Positions 11,345-24,735 of a DNA stretch of 64,000 nt are shown here, in pieces (the stretch's first letter is position 1; the number at the start of each line of letters is the position of its first letter). The notes under the pieces are model-generated. The model saw nothing but the letters and a program-made list of their open reading frames with translations, made no database searches and was not told the origin of the DNA. The translations under genes and the position numbers were made by a program. The stretch spans positions 73,036,001 to 73,100,000 of the forward strand of contig OZ024747.1 in assembly GCA_964016885.1 (NCBI GenBank), in the 5' to 3' direction. This stretch comes from Eledone cirrhosa (taxonomy: Eukaryota).

Positions 11345-13300
11345 TTATTTACATGTTACCGGTTGGTTGTTTGTTCTATGTGTGTGTGTGTTTTCATTTT
11401 GTCCTAAATTGTAAGTTGTGATGTTGCTGTTCCACTCATATTTTCTATTTAATTTTGGTTGTAATTCTTTTATGTTTATTGCCTCTGTGATTTGTCTAAA
11501 CATTGCGTCTTTTCTGTGTGTAGATTCTATTTTTATTTCTATGTTCTCTAATTTACCCTTATGTTCTATTTTAGCATGTTGGTAGAGTACAGATGATTCT
11601 TTACTATCTTGAAGGTCTCGCCAGTGTTCATTTATCCGTTCCCCTACACTACGAGCTGTCTCACCTATGTACACTATATTTTTGTCTCTACATTGTCCTT
11701 CAGTACATCTTATGCTATATACTACATTTCTAGTTTTACAGTTAATATGGGGGCTTATTTTACACGTTATACATTTCTTATCTATACAGGGGGGTCTTTG
11801 GAAAGGGTATGTCTTGCTAATAAGTGTTTTTACGGAGGTACCTGGTCTTTCTACTATCTTAATATTGAGTATATATTTATCTAGGGTCCTTCTAAATTTG
11901 TAAGCTAATTCACCTCTAGGGGTTGTATCGATGAACATTACACTCTGGTATTTATTGCTATCATACCATGAGTTTATTCTATTAGCCTTATTCCTAGTTC
12001 TTTCTATTCTATTCCAAAATTTGCTCCTATACAAGGGGCAGGTCCCATTTATGTCATTATTTACCATTTTTTCCCATTTGGTTCTGGCTCCTCTATACAC
12101 TCTGATTCTATCTCTCTGATTGTAACCAGAGAACTGCATACGGTGGATGAAGTGTTGTATGTGTCTCTCTAGTTCTTCGGGGTTGCACATGCGGGACACG
12201 TTTCTCATCACCCGTACCAAATCCGCAATCAGTATGTTGATTTTGGTATGGTCCGAAACAGCCGAGTTTCGGTGGATCAGATGTTTGGAAGTCATGGGTT
12301 TGGCATAATGGGAATGGAGGATTTGTTTTTTGTTATTAATGGTATCTAACCAGAGCTCTGTGTCTAGTACAGGTAATCGATGGTTGGGGTGTTTACTTGG
12401 GTAGTCTATAGTAACTCTAATACTCTGGTGGATGGAGTTAGCTATTTGCTGGATGCTTTCCATTGTGTTTTTCTCTAGTTCCTGACTGTTCTCTAGTGGG
12501 GGTATCTTAACTACGATGTTTATATCGTCAACGTAGCGGGAGTACATTATCAGGGTTAAGGGGTCTTCTAATTGTTCTTTAAGTTTAAGTTTAAGTCTAC
12601 TGTCCCACCATACCATGAATAAGTTAGCTATGTCGCCTGCAATGCTAACACCAATGGCTGCTCCTTCCTCTTGGGCATATGTTTTTCCATTAAATTTGAA
12701 CATATGTTCCTTAAGGGTTAGTTTTATGCTGGCCCCTACCGCATATGCAATCATTTTCTTCAGTTCATCGTGGTTTTCGGGTGTCCATATGGCTCTGGTC
12801 CACCCGTTCCATCTATGTGTGGGTTTTCTTGGCCATTGAGGTAATGGTAGGTAGTCTGCCTCTTGCTGGTCTTGTAGGGCACAGGTTGCTAAGGTCATAT
12901 GTGTCTAGGTAATTATTACTATAGGTAAGTTTAAGTAGGAGTCCCAGCTCACTGGTATCAATCCCACGGAACTCAACATTGCTCTCACTGATCATTTCTA
13001 CGCATTTCTCCACAGCAAAATCCACGTCAATAGATGGATACAGGGACACAACATCCATACTACCTATTATGCAGTTTGTTAGGTCCCTAGATCGGTTACT
13101 CTCGCCGATTCTGCTGAGGAGGTCCTCTGTGCTGTCACATACATCTGGGGACATTTCAATGATGGGGCGTATGATCAGGGAGAGGAAGTAGGACAGTCTG
13201 TAGTTACTAGCAATGTTAGCCCCACAGACTGGCCGTGTTGGTGGTCCCGTGACAGGGTCACTGCCCGTTTTATGGTCTTTTCGAAGCCCATACAACGCCC
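11345..13300 (-). pseudogene. PLE reverse transcriptase-GIY-YIG endonuclease ORF, 5'-truncated, one frameshift near 12835
   Basis: ORF 12813-13496 has LYGLRKDHK, RPVCG and SMDVVSLYPSI (motif A). ORF 11345-12898 has QEEGAAIG (motif B), YSRYVDD (motif C), LPVLD, a Cys-rich linker CIDKKCITC...C, NVVYSIRC...YIGETARSVGERINEH, and EAINI...PKLN. Confidence 0.93.
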
Positions 13301-13304
13301 ATAC

Positions 13305-13601
13305 ACACCCGGATGTGGCGCATGCGCAGACTGAGCAACAACACACACACAGAAACAAAATGGCGTAGGACAGAACAAAGGAGATGCACAAAAACAAAGA
13401 AAAGAATCCCCAGTCACTAAAGAGGTCACAGAATGTGTGACGAAAGAACTTTGATAATATATAAACAACTATCTGGTTGTGGAACCAACCAACCAACCAG
13501 AAATTTATAAATTCCTAAATTTATAAATTTATTATAATAAATTGAAGTGAAAGCCACTGGTGCGTGTGTTTCTTATTGGCAACATGACCCTCCCAAAGCA
13601 T

Positions 13602-13607
<6 letters not shown>
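13305..13607 (+). repeat. Inverted 5' pseudo-LTR of the PLE (family A)
   Basis: Reverse complement of 11022-11325. It lacks the tail and abuts (TA)n. Confidence 0.9.
13413..13455 (+). ncRNA. Hammerhead motif (family A) with G5A core mutation, probably inactive
   Basis: GTCA-CTAAAGA-G-GTCAC...GTGAC-GAAA-GAAC-TT-TGAT. Confidence 0.75.
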
Positions 13608-13661
<54 letters not shown>

Positions 13662-13809
13662 GCACATATATATATATATATATATATAGAGTGCGGACTG
13701 GGTCTAGACATATTGGTTGTCAGGAAATAAAGCCCCCCCCCTACATATAGAATGCTATCATTTAATTTTTATAATGAATAAATAACATTTTCAAACATAC
13801 ATAATTGGA

Positions 13810-13858
<49 letters not shown>

Positions 13859-14299
13859 TATACAATTATATATATATATATATATATGTGTGTGTATATG
13901 TATGTATATATGTGTATATATATGTATATGTATACGTATATATCTGATAGATGTATTCCCGAAAGATTTAATTAATACATTTATTGAAAGAAATAACATT
14001 AATACTATTAGGTCAACCTTTGTTTTCTTTCTGTTATAAAATGTTTCAAACATTTATCTGATAGCAGCTACACTGTTTGAGTCCAACTAAGAACATTTCG
14101 AAATGATGTTTAGGAAAAATATCAATAGCAAAGCTATGAGGTCGTCAATACATTTACTACTAGCAAATAATTCATGCCCAACCGATAAATGATTTAACAC
14201 ACACATACATACACATATATACATACCCACATACATACACAATCACACACACACACACAAACTATCTCTACCACACACTCACGTACACACACACATATA

Positions 14300-14660
14300 T
14301 GATAGTTTATATAAAATAAAAATGCAATAGACATTACAATACAACTGGATGAAACATAATAGTACCACTGATGATGTCACAGGTATGTGATGAAAGAACT
14401 TTGATAGACTATATATGTATACATATTTATATCTACATTTTTAACCGTTGGTCAATCAATGATAAACATTGATTGCCAGCTAATTTAACTATAGTGATAT
14501 AAAATATACAAAAGCGAAAACCAATCCAAACCAAACAGTGAGTGTATTTTATTATTATTTCTGGCAATATTATAACAATATGACCCTCCCAATATATAGC
14601 AATATATATATATTTTTATACTTTGGGAAGGTTACGCAGCCAATAAAAACACATACACGT
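14300..14660 (+). mobile_element. Diverged family-A-like pLTR with a hammerhead at 14364-14405 and a short inverted end copy at 14617-14660
   Basis: CTGATGA-T-GTCAC-aggtat-GTGAT-GAAA-GAACTTTGAT. The end ATGACCCTCCCAA..ATAGCAATATA matches the pLTR terminus. Confidence 0.7.
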
Positions 14661-15514
14661 GTAGTGGAAATCAACATCATCATCATCATCATCATCAAAT
14701 AGTTGTCACGCATACTTTTTCTCCGTAAGTTTTGTATTTTCACTTGTTTGAATAATGTTCCCTGTTAAAATCTTTATTATAAACTGTACATAGGGTGCCA
14801 TACATTGATCTCAGGAAAGTGAACTCATAATATTTGGGCCTTTGAACATCTACGTGGCCACTCACCATGATAAGAATAGCATCTAAATCTTTTTTAATAC
14901 ATAAAGTTTACAATATTCATGTCATCAAATTTTTAAAAGGCAAATATAACCTGAGAATATAAAGGGTCATAACTCTATGCTGTGAAGCTGGGTGTCTGAC
15001 GCTCTACCGATGCTGCCAATCCACCGCCCTTATATATAGTAGTTATAATAAATATTTCTACTATTTCACTCCTCCGGGAGAGCACTCATCAGAGAAAGAA
15101 TCACTAGAAACATCTATTCACTTCTGGATACTTCTACAGAACTTCAACAAGGCAAATATCACACTTTCATAGGAAAAAAAAAGGTCTAGGTCAGTATAAG
15201 GGTTAACGTCATATATATTAATATATTAAGTTGTTAATTTACAGTATCGAATCAAGGTGTGATACGTTAGACAATAGTAGAACTAGATTGTCCTCCAAGT
15301 GCTAAGTGACTGATGTATTATCTGTGAAGAGATTATTATGTAAATTATAAATATTTAGTTATTCAATACCATGAAATGAAACATTTATATATCTAATGTA
15401 CAAACTTGATGTAACATATTCACCGCCAAGAGATGGATATGTGGTTCGAGTCTTGGCAGTGGGTTTGTAATTCATTTTAGTTCTCAATTAATGCTTAGAT
15501 GGGTATTTGTTTTA

Positions 15515-15828
15515 GTCCCGTTACTCAAGAGGGAGTCGTAGAGGCGCGTATTGACTGACAGCGTTTATAATGCATTTTTAAAATTGGCAGTGCTCGTCTC
15601 CTCCCCTGGTCAGAATACAGCAGATTTCTTCCAGAGAAAGATAGAAAGTGAGAAAATGGAAATGAGAAATAGATATAGAGGAAAAATTGACCCCAGTACT
15701 ACACTGGTACTTTTTACATCGCCGTCGAATTGATGAAAGGTAAAGTTGAACTGAGAGACCAGAAAACCGGAGCGAAAATCGCAAAGCATTCTATCCGACG
15801 TTCTGGCGACTCGGCCAATTCGCCGTCT
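15515..15828 (-). mobile_element. SINE family 1
   Basis: Homologous head, core and tail. Confidence 0.8.
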
Positions 15829-16553
15829 TAGATAGGTAGAAAATTTAGTAATTTTACATAAAAATATTCAGTTAATTAAATGTGAAAATACGCAACAATC
15901 TTTTGAAGACAAAAATGGCCGGTCAAGAAATAGCAATTGTTTTTGGTATTCTTCCACCACCTTCTTAAAGCCTGTCGTCAAATATAATCTAGCAGATCTA
16001 TTGATTGAAGACATTTCGACCATTACCACTTTACCGTCCCGCTTTTTCCCTGACATTAGAGATACAATATCCAATGTGTTCTTCTTTTTTTAGGGAGAGT
16101 GTGATTTGAAAACGGTTTAGCTGGTATTTCTAGTAGCTCGAATGATGGCCAAAAGGCTCGGTAAGAAATATGCTTATAACTGAAATTTCGTTACAATTTA
16201 GTTTTGTGGTAATAAGTTGCATACTTTTACGTTCTGAGTCTCATCGAAGAAGATCTTCGTTGAAATGTGTATATTTTTTTGTCAATGCTAGAAATAAACA
16301 CTCAAAGGTATGTTACAGCAATCAGTTACAGCCAGTTAAGTTTTGAGTTCAAATGACACTATGGTCGACTTTACTTCTAATCATTATGGAATCGATAAAA
16401 TAATTGTTTCTACTTCTTCCTATATAATTGTTAAAATAATACAATTATTGGAGTGGATGAGGCTGAATCTATAACTCCCCTCTCCCCACAAATTTAAGGA
16501 TTTATACTTATATTACAAATCAATACTAAAGATTGTTTTGGGAAGGGAAAGAT

Positions 16554-16943
16554 TGTACCACACATGTACCATACATGTACGACATATGTACCATACATGT
16601 ACCACACATGTACCATACATGTACCACACATGTACCATACATGTACCACACATGTACCACACATGTACCACACATGTACCATACATGTAACACACATGTA
16701 CCATACATGTACCACATATGTACCATACATGTACCATACATGTACCACATATGTACCATACATGTACCATACATATACTACATACATGTACCATACATGT
16801 ACCATACATGTACCATACATGTACCATACATGTACCACACATGTACCATACATGTACCATACATGTACCATACATGTACCACATATGTACCATACATGTA
16901 CCATACATGTACCACATACATGTACATGTACCATACATGTACC
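16554..16943. repeat. 11-bp minisatellite CATGTACCAYA, about 35 copies
   Basis: Direct reading. Confidence 0.95.
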
Positions 16944-17111
16944 TCTGGTGATGTCCAGTAGAAGCAAGGGGACAACCGTCTATGCATTTCAGGCTTAGCT
17001 GGCCTTCGTCAGGACGGTCCCTCCCACCGCTTGCGACTGCTGGACTAGAAAACTTGATATTCTTGTTATAACTATTAGTGTCGCTAATAAAGACATTATT
17101 ATTATTAGGAG

Positions 17112-17325
17112 GAAAAGGGCAGTGGATTGGCAGTATGAATAGACCGTCGGACAACATGCTTTATGACATAGACTTACGGCCTTTTACGATCTGAGTTCAA
17201 ATCCTGCCGAGGATAACTTTGCCTTACGGGATCGATGAAATAAAGTACCAGTAATGTACTGGGGTCGAATTAATTGACTTTCCCCTCCCCCCAAATTGTT
17301 GGCCCTGTGCCTAAATCAGAAACCA
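17112..17325 (+). mobile_element. SINE family 1, alternative-tail subfamily
   Basis: Same core, with tail TGGCC.TGTGCCTAAATCAGAAACC. Similar copies at 21221-21408 (-), 32012-32232 (-) and 42296-42455 (+). Confidence 0.75.
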
Positions 17326-17640
17326 TTGTTATTATTGTTGTTACTATTTCTAACACATCTTCCCGATTATTCCCGTCAATTCGTATTCCCCAAATACCTC
17401 GCATATTAAGATATCAATGTTAAAATATAGCTTTAACGATCATTTATGGACTGTTCTGTGTCATTAAACCGATTTCTTTATCAGTTTCAACACCCTATCG
17501 ACCACAACGGATTACAGACACTTATTTTGATCCAAATTCAGAGTTACTTGGGGAAATGATACCTTGTGACTAATGAAATAGAAAAAGTAAAACAACAGTT
17601 TCAGCCTTTTATATCTCTCTGTTATTCCATCACTCAATAT

Positions 17641-17845
17641 TTAACCTTTTTGATACCAACACGTTCCAAACCGGCTCTGTTTCTGTGAAACAAAACTATT
17701 TCCAACGCAATTTTATATAATAACCATTTATTAAATTATATTAAAAAACACCATCTTAATAAGTTTAGTAAATCCCCCCAAAATTCTTCATTAATTAATC
17801 AAAATAGGGAGTGTATTTAATTAGAAATATGGTCAAAGGGTTTAA
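17641..17845. mobile_element. piggyBac-type MITE
   Basis: TTAACCTTTTTGATACC ... GGTCAAAGGGTTTAA termini with TTAA target. Confidence 0.55.
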
Positions 17846-18799
17846 ATAGTTATAGAGGAAGAATCGACCCCAGCACCAGATTGGTTCTTTTTATTAATCG
17901 ATCTCATAAGGATGAAAGTTGAACTCAGAGAGCAGAGAACCGAATAACACTTTCCTTTTCTGGAAGAAATCTGCTGTATTCAGAACTGGAAAAGATATGG
18001 GCTTCGCCAAGGTTTAAAAAGTGTCCTAGGTATGCCGGATGTCAATACGGTGCCCCTACGACTTCTTCAGAAGTTACAGGTCCATCCAGTCATGTATACA
18101 TATTTTTCTAACACGATATTGCTGCTATTTCTAGCAATTAGAGGGACCATGTAGAAGCTCCTACATTGGCTCGCTTGCGGCTTGTAAGTTCAGATAGTTG
18201 GTATCTTCATCTATTCTCCTAGAGGAACACTTATAGTAGGCCTACAAGGTCTAAATAAAGTTAAAGGAAGAACTAGAAGGAATCAGCAATTAGTTATTGC
18301 CACGTGGCGTAAACGAATTTAACGATCGATTCTTTAAAGATGTAAAGTAAGATAATAATAAATAGTTGAGTAAATTCATTTGAGGTTTTATTTAACGTTG
18401 GCTCTAGGTGTTTAATTTTACAGAACAAGTCAAAAGAAAAAAAAAAAATCATTTGATAAGGGGAGTATTTCTATGACATTGCCTGTGGTTGAGATAACTT
18501 TAATTATTTCTGAAAGACAGAATTACCTGGAGGAGAAACAAAATGGTATTCTTACTAAGCAATGAAGCGAGCAAACAACCGTGATTTACTCAAATAAAGA
18601 TATAACACAAGAGATAGAAGAAGGCGGAGTTGTAGAAGAGGTTCACTGTAATACAAAGCTTGAGTTGACAGCTGTTCAAGTTGATAACGTATCACGAGAA
18701 CATCCTTAGTAAAAGAAAAACAACATAAATACAAAAAAATCAATAACAATCATAACATAATAAAAATAAAATAAAACACAAAACAAAATATAAAATGCC

Positions 18800-19410
18800 A
18801 ATCATATTGGATAGAGTTTCTGATGTTCTTGCATTGTCTTCTAGCAACGCAGGCAGAAATATAGTGATAACAGTGTGTTTGTTATCCAAGAAAAAAGAGA
18901 GCCAAATTAGATATTGTTTGTCGAACGATCTTCGCCAACGATGGAATCACATCTTTGGCAATGTATAGATTAGAAAAACAATGCAGTGCCATTAGAATTT
19001 TGCCGAAAGACTTATTTGCTTGTTTTGACAGTATTCAACAGCAATTAAGAAACGAAGAAATATATTCAATCAAACGCTTGTTTCCTTGTTGAGCTAATAA
19101 GGTTTTCAAAATAAGATAGTTTGTTAATTAAGGAGTAACCTGATGCAGTATAGAATAACAGCCAAGGGTTATCTAAAGGTTCAGTTGGTTGTGGTGGAGA
19201 TGGAAATGGTTGTATGTTGTAGAAAAGAGCAGATTGAAAAACGTCCTTTCAAGGAATTATGTTGAAAAGACTCAGTGCTGAAGATAATAGCTAAGATAAT
19301 ATATTTAGCGTTGTTGCTCGATAATTTCTTCAAGAAAATCACCAGATGTCTTGATACCCTGAATATATATGAATAGAAGTTGGATAAATATTTGAATATT
19401 GATTTCCTAC
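18800..19410 (+). mobile_element. Very degenerate CR1/L2-group LINE 3' end
   Basis: Broken translation ending in LNIYE*KLDKYL, similar to the FK..LDKYL terminal motif. Confidence 0.3.
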
Positions 19411-20837
19411 ATATGCAGAAGACTTATAGAGAATTAAAACGTATATAACGTTTATGCCTATTTAAGGAACGTTTGCAACATAAAGGGAAATAAACAGAAC
19501 CAAAACCAAAACCAGAACTAGGAATAGAGATTATTCTACATTTTTCAACACTCTTCCCTTCTTCCAGAATATTAGGATTATTGTTTTCTTTTATAAGATG
19601 TTCCAGTTTTGCAAGAAGATAGGAGTGGAATGGTTCTGCGTATTCTGTTACAACCTGATTTCACTTGATAGCGGGAAAATAGAAAAAAAATGGTTTACAA
19701 CTATATTGAATAATAATAATTGAATAATATACAAATAATACGAATTTTAATGTTAAAAACATCATGGGTATACAAATTGTATTAATTTACTGTTTTAGGT
19801 TATATAAGTTAATGGCTGAAACACTCGCTTGAGGTGGGTTTCATCTCTGAAGACCTTTTACTGCCCAACTCTCCTGGCAGTTTATTAATACCTTATACCT
19901 TAAACGGGTTTTCCCCATAGGTTTCTTTTGAGATGTTGTCATCGGGTGATTTCAAATTTGAATGTGGATGAAATTTCACTCACGTTCGAGGGATTCATAA
20001 CTTCTGCCTTAATCAAATTTCATTCCCTCTGAGGCATTACTGTATTGAATTACTAAGATAAACCTGAGATATAAACTATTAAGATATATCATAACATTTA
20101 AGATGCAAGCTACTTAACTATTCACATAGGAAATGGTAAACTCTTAATTAGGTATAAATAGTAAGAGAACAATATTTCGCGATGAGATAGAACGGCAATT
20201 TATAGCCTTTAGGATTTTCTAAATTTAGTGAAGAAATAAAGTCAGTGCAGGTAGGAAGCGAAGCAACGTCTTGGAGATATGGAGAGAGAAGGACATTTTA
20301 AAAATATTTCAACTCTTCTTTCATAGTTGTCTTCTCTTAACTGTTTTCAACTTAGCATGCAGAGTCCCATAATGATGAGGCACTCGTAGGTCGCTTTTAG
20401 GGCATTTTAAAACTTGTGCAGGTTCAAAATATACGAGTAAAAATAGTAAGGGATTAGTGAATCACTGTAGAGACGCATCATCTCTGATAGATCGCAACAC
20501 TTCGATCCAGCATATACCGAACATATCACATCAATAAACTTGAACGTAGGAAGAAGAGTATAAAGCTTCAAACACTGCGACTTATCTCCTGCACAATAAA
20601 TAATATCAGTCCTGTAACTAGACCTGTCAATCTCTCATTGGCTTACATATATCTACATCGGACGGACCCTCTGGAAGGCGTGTTTGAGGTCTTTGCCCCC
20701 ACGATCCTCTCAGGGATAATTGGCTGCAGAAGAAGAAGAATCCTTGATTGCTGTCGACGATGATACATAAACACTCACGCGCACACGTGTACACGTGTAC
20801 ACAAACGCCTATTACACCCCCTCATACATCCCCATAT

Positions 20838-20918
<81 letters not shown>

Positions 20919-21942
20919 TGTATATATGAATGTGTGTATCAATATTGTAAGTTCTTTTTCCAATACAAGAAAACATCCAGAATGAATATATTATTGGAAA
21001 TTTGATATGAAATAATATTGAAGTGGAGAATAAGAAAACGTGGATGACAAATATAATTATTTTCGATCAAATATAATCTACTGAAATTTCAGCTGATAAA
21101 TTATTTTTTTCTAAATTATACTTTTTGATATTAGAAATGGCAAGCACACACATTGGTGTCATCGGAATTTCATTCGCATGGGATTTCTATTAACTTTACA
21201 GAATCACAATGACATCTTCTTGAGGCACAAGGCCAGTAATTTTATGGGGAGGAGGCTGTTGATTATATCGACTCCAGTTTTATTTTATCGATCACCCGAT
21301 GAAAGACAAAGTTGCCCCTCGGCGGGATTTAGACTCAGAATGTAACAGAAACAAATGCCATAAAACATTTTATCCGACCCTCTACCGATACTGCCAATCC
21401 ACCTCCCTTCCTACAGTTATAATAATAAAATAGACAAATATGGATTGAGTAGCATCGATAGATGAATAGATAGGGATAGAGAGAGAGGGAGAGAGAGAGA
21501 GTGAGGGAGAGAGGGAGAGAAGGAGAGGGAGAGAGAGAAAGGGGGAGGAAGGAGGGAACACCTGTTATCACTGTAAACTTTTATGTTGCAAATTACATTT
21601 ATTATTATATCATTATTGGTTTAAATTAAAAATCGTTTTAGTTACTTCTTGTCGCATAGTTCTCCGAAACTAATTAGAAATAACCAGGAAATAATAAAAA
21701 ATATAATTAGTACATTACAAGTAATACAACACCTAAATTTATTTAAGAAATATAGAAATATTCATGTATATTTCCATATTGCTTGGGTTAAAAAAAATAA
21801 AACATTGATTCATATACAAGATACATTAATAAATGACATGATGGTGGCAGCTTCTAGAATTTAGGGGATGGTTTAGGCGGGTGAGAAAATAAAAATTTAA
21901 GATATAACTGGTATAGGATCTCAGTTTTTATGTAAACAGTTA

Positions 21943-22265
21943 TGTATGGAGCCGTAAGTCCCGAGGAAGTCGTAAAGACACCGCATCAACACACGGAGTT
22001 TTTAGAGCATTTTAAAACACCAGGCGGAACCCTTCTCGTTTCCAAGTGTGAATACAGCAGATTTTCCCCAGAGAAGGATAGAGAGAGAGCGAATGGAAAA
22101 GAGAAAGAGACACAGAATCAGAATCGAACCCAGTACTAGACTGCTACTTTTTTGTTGACCTCGAATGGATGAAAGGCAAAGATGATCATCCCGGTGGGAT
22201 TTGAACTCGGAGAGTAAGGGAACCGAAAGAAATACCACAAAGCATTCTATCCCAATTCGCCGTCT
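21943..22265 (-). mobile_element. SINE family 1
   Basis: Homologous head, core and tail. Confidence 0.8.
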
Positions 22266-22829
22266 TGTCACCAGTTAATTAAGTCTATAAACCATAAAAA
22301 TGCTGTTAATAGAATAATAAAAAGGACTTAATTATGAATAGAAATATAGAAAAACAAACTATAAACACACATAAGTCAAGAAGCTGTAGATCGTGCAGAA
22401 ATGTGTGTAAAATCAGTTCAAATAAACCAGTTAAAGTAAGACAGCCTAGAGTGGTTGGCTAACACTGGTTTAAGAAGTTTAATGAAAATGGCTTCTTTAA
22501 TTATCAGATTTCCGATATGTCTGTCTGTAGCCTTGATCATGACTGTTATGTCTAAGTGATTTTTTTAAAACTGACAAGTCGTTCACGTTTATGTTATTTG
22601 ACACAAATATATAGTACACAGATAATGTCTGTCAACTTCAATTATTATGTAGTTACAGTTCGTTTCTTCATGATATTCTTTCATTCCAAAGTAGGTTACT
22701 TTGTATTCGGAATATAGTAAAATTTCTATTAATCTTTCCCCACCATTATTATAGCCTTTTTACTCTAATATACCTCAATACATTTATTTAAATATGTTTC
22801 AAGCAAATACTCGTATTATACTGTCAGTT

Positions 22830-22891
22830 AATATATATATATATAATACATATATCATATATTTATTAATATATATATATAATATATTATA

Positions 22892-22956
<65 letters not shown>

Positions 22957-22968
22957 TATATATATATG

Positions 22969-23058
<90 letters not shown>

Positions 23059-23106
23059 TATATATATATATATATGTATATATAAATATATATATATATA
23101 TATATG

Positions 23107-23192
<86 letters not shown>
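22830..23192. repeat. Long interrupted (TA)n microsatellite, representative of dozens of (TA)n/(CA)n/(GA)n tracts
   Basis: Direct reading. These tracts produce the [12 protein letters not shown] pseudo-ORFs. Confidence 0.95.
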
Positions 23193-23196
<4 letters not shown>

Positions 23197-24145
23197 CATT
23201 TATAACCATTAACAAACCATTGAAAGTAAAAAGTAGCAGGTCTATTATTTGACCTGTCACTCAGCCAGCAATCGAGCTGTGTAAATATATTCTGTTATAG
23301 CAAACACCGATACAATATTCTATTAGACTGCACTATTATTGTAATAACCATTCCCACTGGTGATTGCCATCTTAGATTTCTCCGTATAATTCCAATTCTC
23401 CGTGAAATGAATGAGCAAATTTATACGTAGTAGTGAATAATATCACTTTTAGTAACTTTGACACATTTCCTTTACAACGACAGTCTTCTGAGATTTAGAA
23501 ACGGAATACATGGAAGCTGAAGCGTTTCGTTTATAGCTCTGATTAACAGGAGAGTAAGTTGAAGAATTATTTAGAAATTAACGCTCTTTAATATATCTTA
23601 TACAAAACCTATTTCTATTCTTAAATACTCCACACCATCGTTTTCCAATTACGCTGATAAATAGTCCACACTCCAGGTAAGAAATGTTGAATTTATACAG
23701 ATGGTAATGTTGCACGATATCATAGTAATTACGTTTGAAATAACACGGATACAAATATCAAATAATTCATATGCATGTACAAACACGCACACACACAAAT
23801 ACACACAGACACAGACCCACACTCAGACACAGACGCACACTCAGACACAGACCCACACACACAGGCACAGACACACACACACACACTCGGACACATATGC
23901 ACAGACAGACAGACACACAGACACACACAGAGTCACAGACATCTAATTCGTGATCGGTATCTATATAAATAAGATTAGAGAACTCAATACATTAATTGAA
24001 ATGTCTATAAAATGATATTGTTCATTAATGATATAATATATCGTAACTAATTATCGTCGGACGAAAAACTCAACCAGTTTCTAACATATCTGTGACATAG
24101 CTGGAATGAATACTCACTATGAGCAGCAGCAGCTTGGTATGGTTT

Positions 24146-24735
24146 GGTATGGTCGCATAACTCATGATGGATTCGTAGAGGCGCGGTAGTATCGTACGGC
24201 GTTTCTTGAGCATTTTTCTAAAAACCTGGCGGAACCCTTCCCTAACCAGGCCTGAGTGCAGCAGATTTCTTCCAGAGAAGGATAGAAAGTAACAGAGAGG
24301 AAATGAGAAATAGACGTAGAGGAAGCTTAATAACCATTAAATTGTTTAGCTATCACACTAGACTTGGCAATAAGCACTACCATAATATGCCTGTAAGGTC
24401 CGGTAACTCCCGAGGGAGTCGTAAGGGCACCGTATTAATATACGGCCTTTCTAGTGTATTTATTTTTAAACCTGGCAGAGCTCATTTCCTCTCCAGATCT
24501 GAATACAGCAGATATCTTCCAGAGAAAGATAGAGAATGAGAGAATAGAAGTGGGAAAGAGATATAGAGGAAAAATCGATTCCAGTACAGGACTGGTACTT
24601 TTTTTTAAAATTAACCTCGAATAGATGAAAGGCAAAGTTAACCTCTGTGGGATTTGAACTTAGATCAGAGAGACGAAACAAATACCGCAAAGAATTCTAT
24701 CCGACGTTCTAACGAATTTACCAATTTGCCGCCTT
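24146..24735 (-). mobile_element. SINE family 1: full copy at 24395-24735 and tail-only copy at 24146-24325
   Basis: Homology to the other copies. Confidence 0.8.

Larger units (their letters stand above)
10963..13607 (-). mobile_element. Penelope-like retroelement (C-terminal GIY-YIG type, Neptune/Nematis-like), 5'-truncated, with inverted 5' pLTR and 3' pLTR plus tail, inserted in (TA)n
   Basis: RT and GIY-YIG coding sequence on the minus strand. 11022-11325 is the reverse complement of 13305-13607 (about 6 differences). (TA)n flanks both ends. Confidence 0.95.

Noticed and set aside
13305-13496. N-terminus of the 227-aa ORF (MVGWFHNQ...) as the real PLE start
   Set aside because: It is the antisense reading of the inverted pLTR, fused in frame by chance. 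The same peptide appears at 11132, 49961 and 52646.
16494-17157. Cys/His-rich (metallothionein-like) ORFs
   Set aside because: Produced by the 11-bp minisatellite and open in nearly all frames.
19540-19660. Possible minus-strand host exon (CAG|VVTEYAEPFHSYLLAK...)
   Set aside because: No good donor site and no recognisable homology beyond a short kinase-like VVTEYAE. No partner exons were found.
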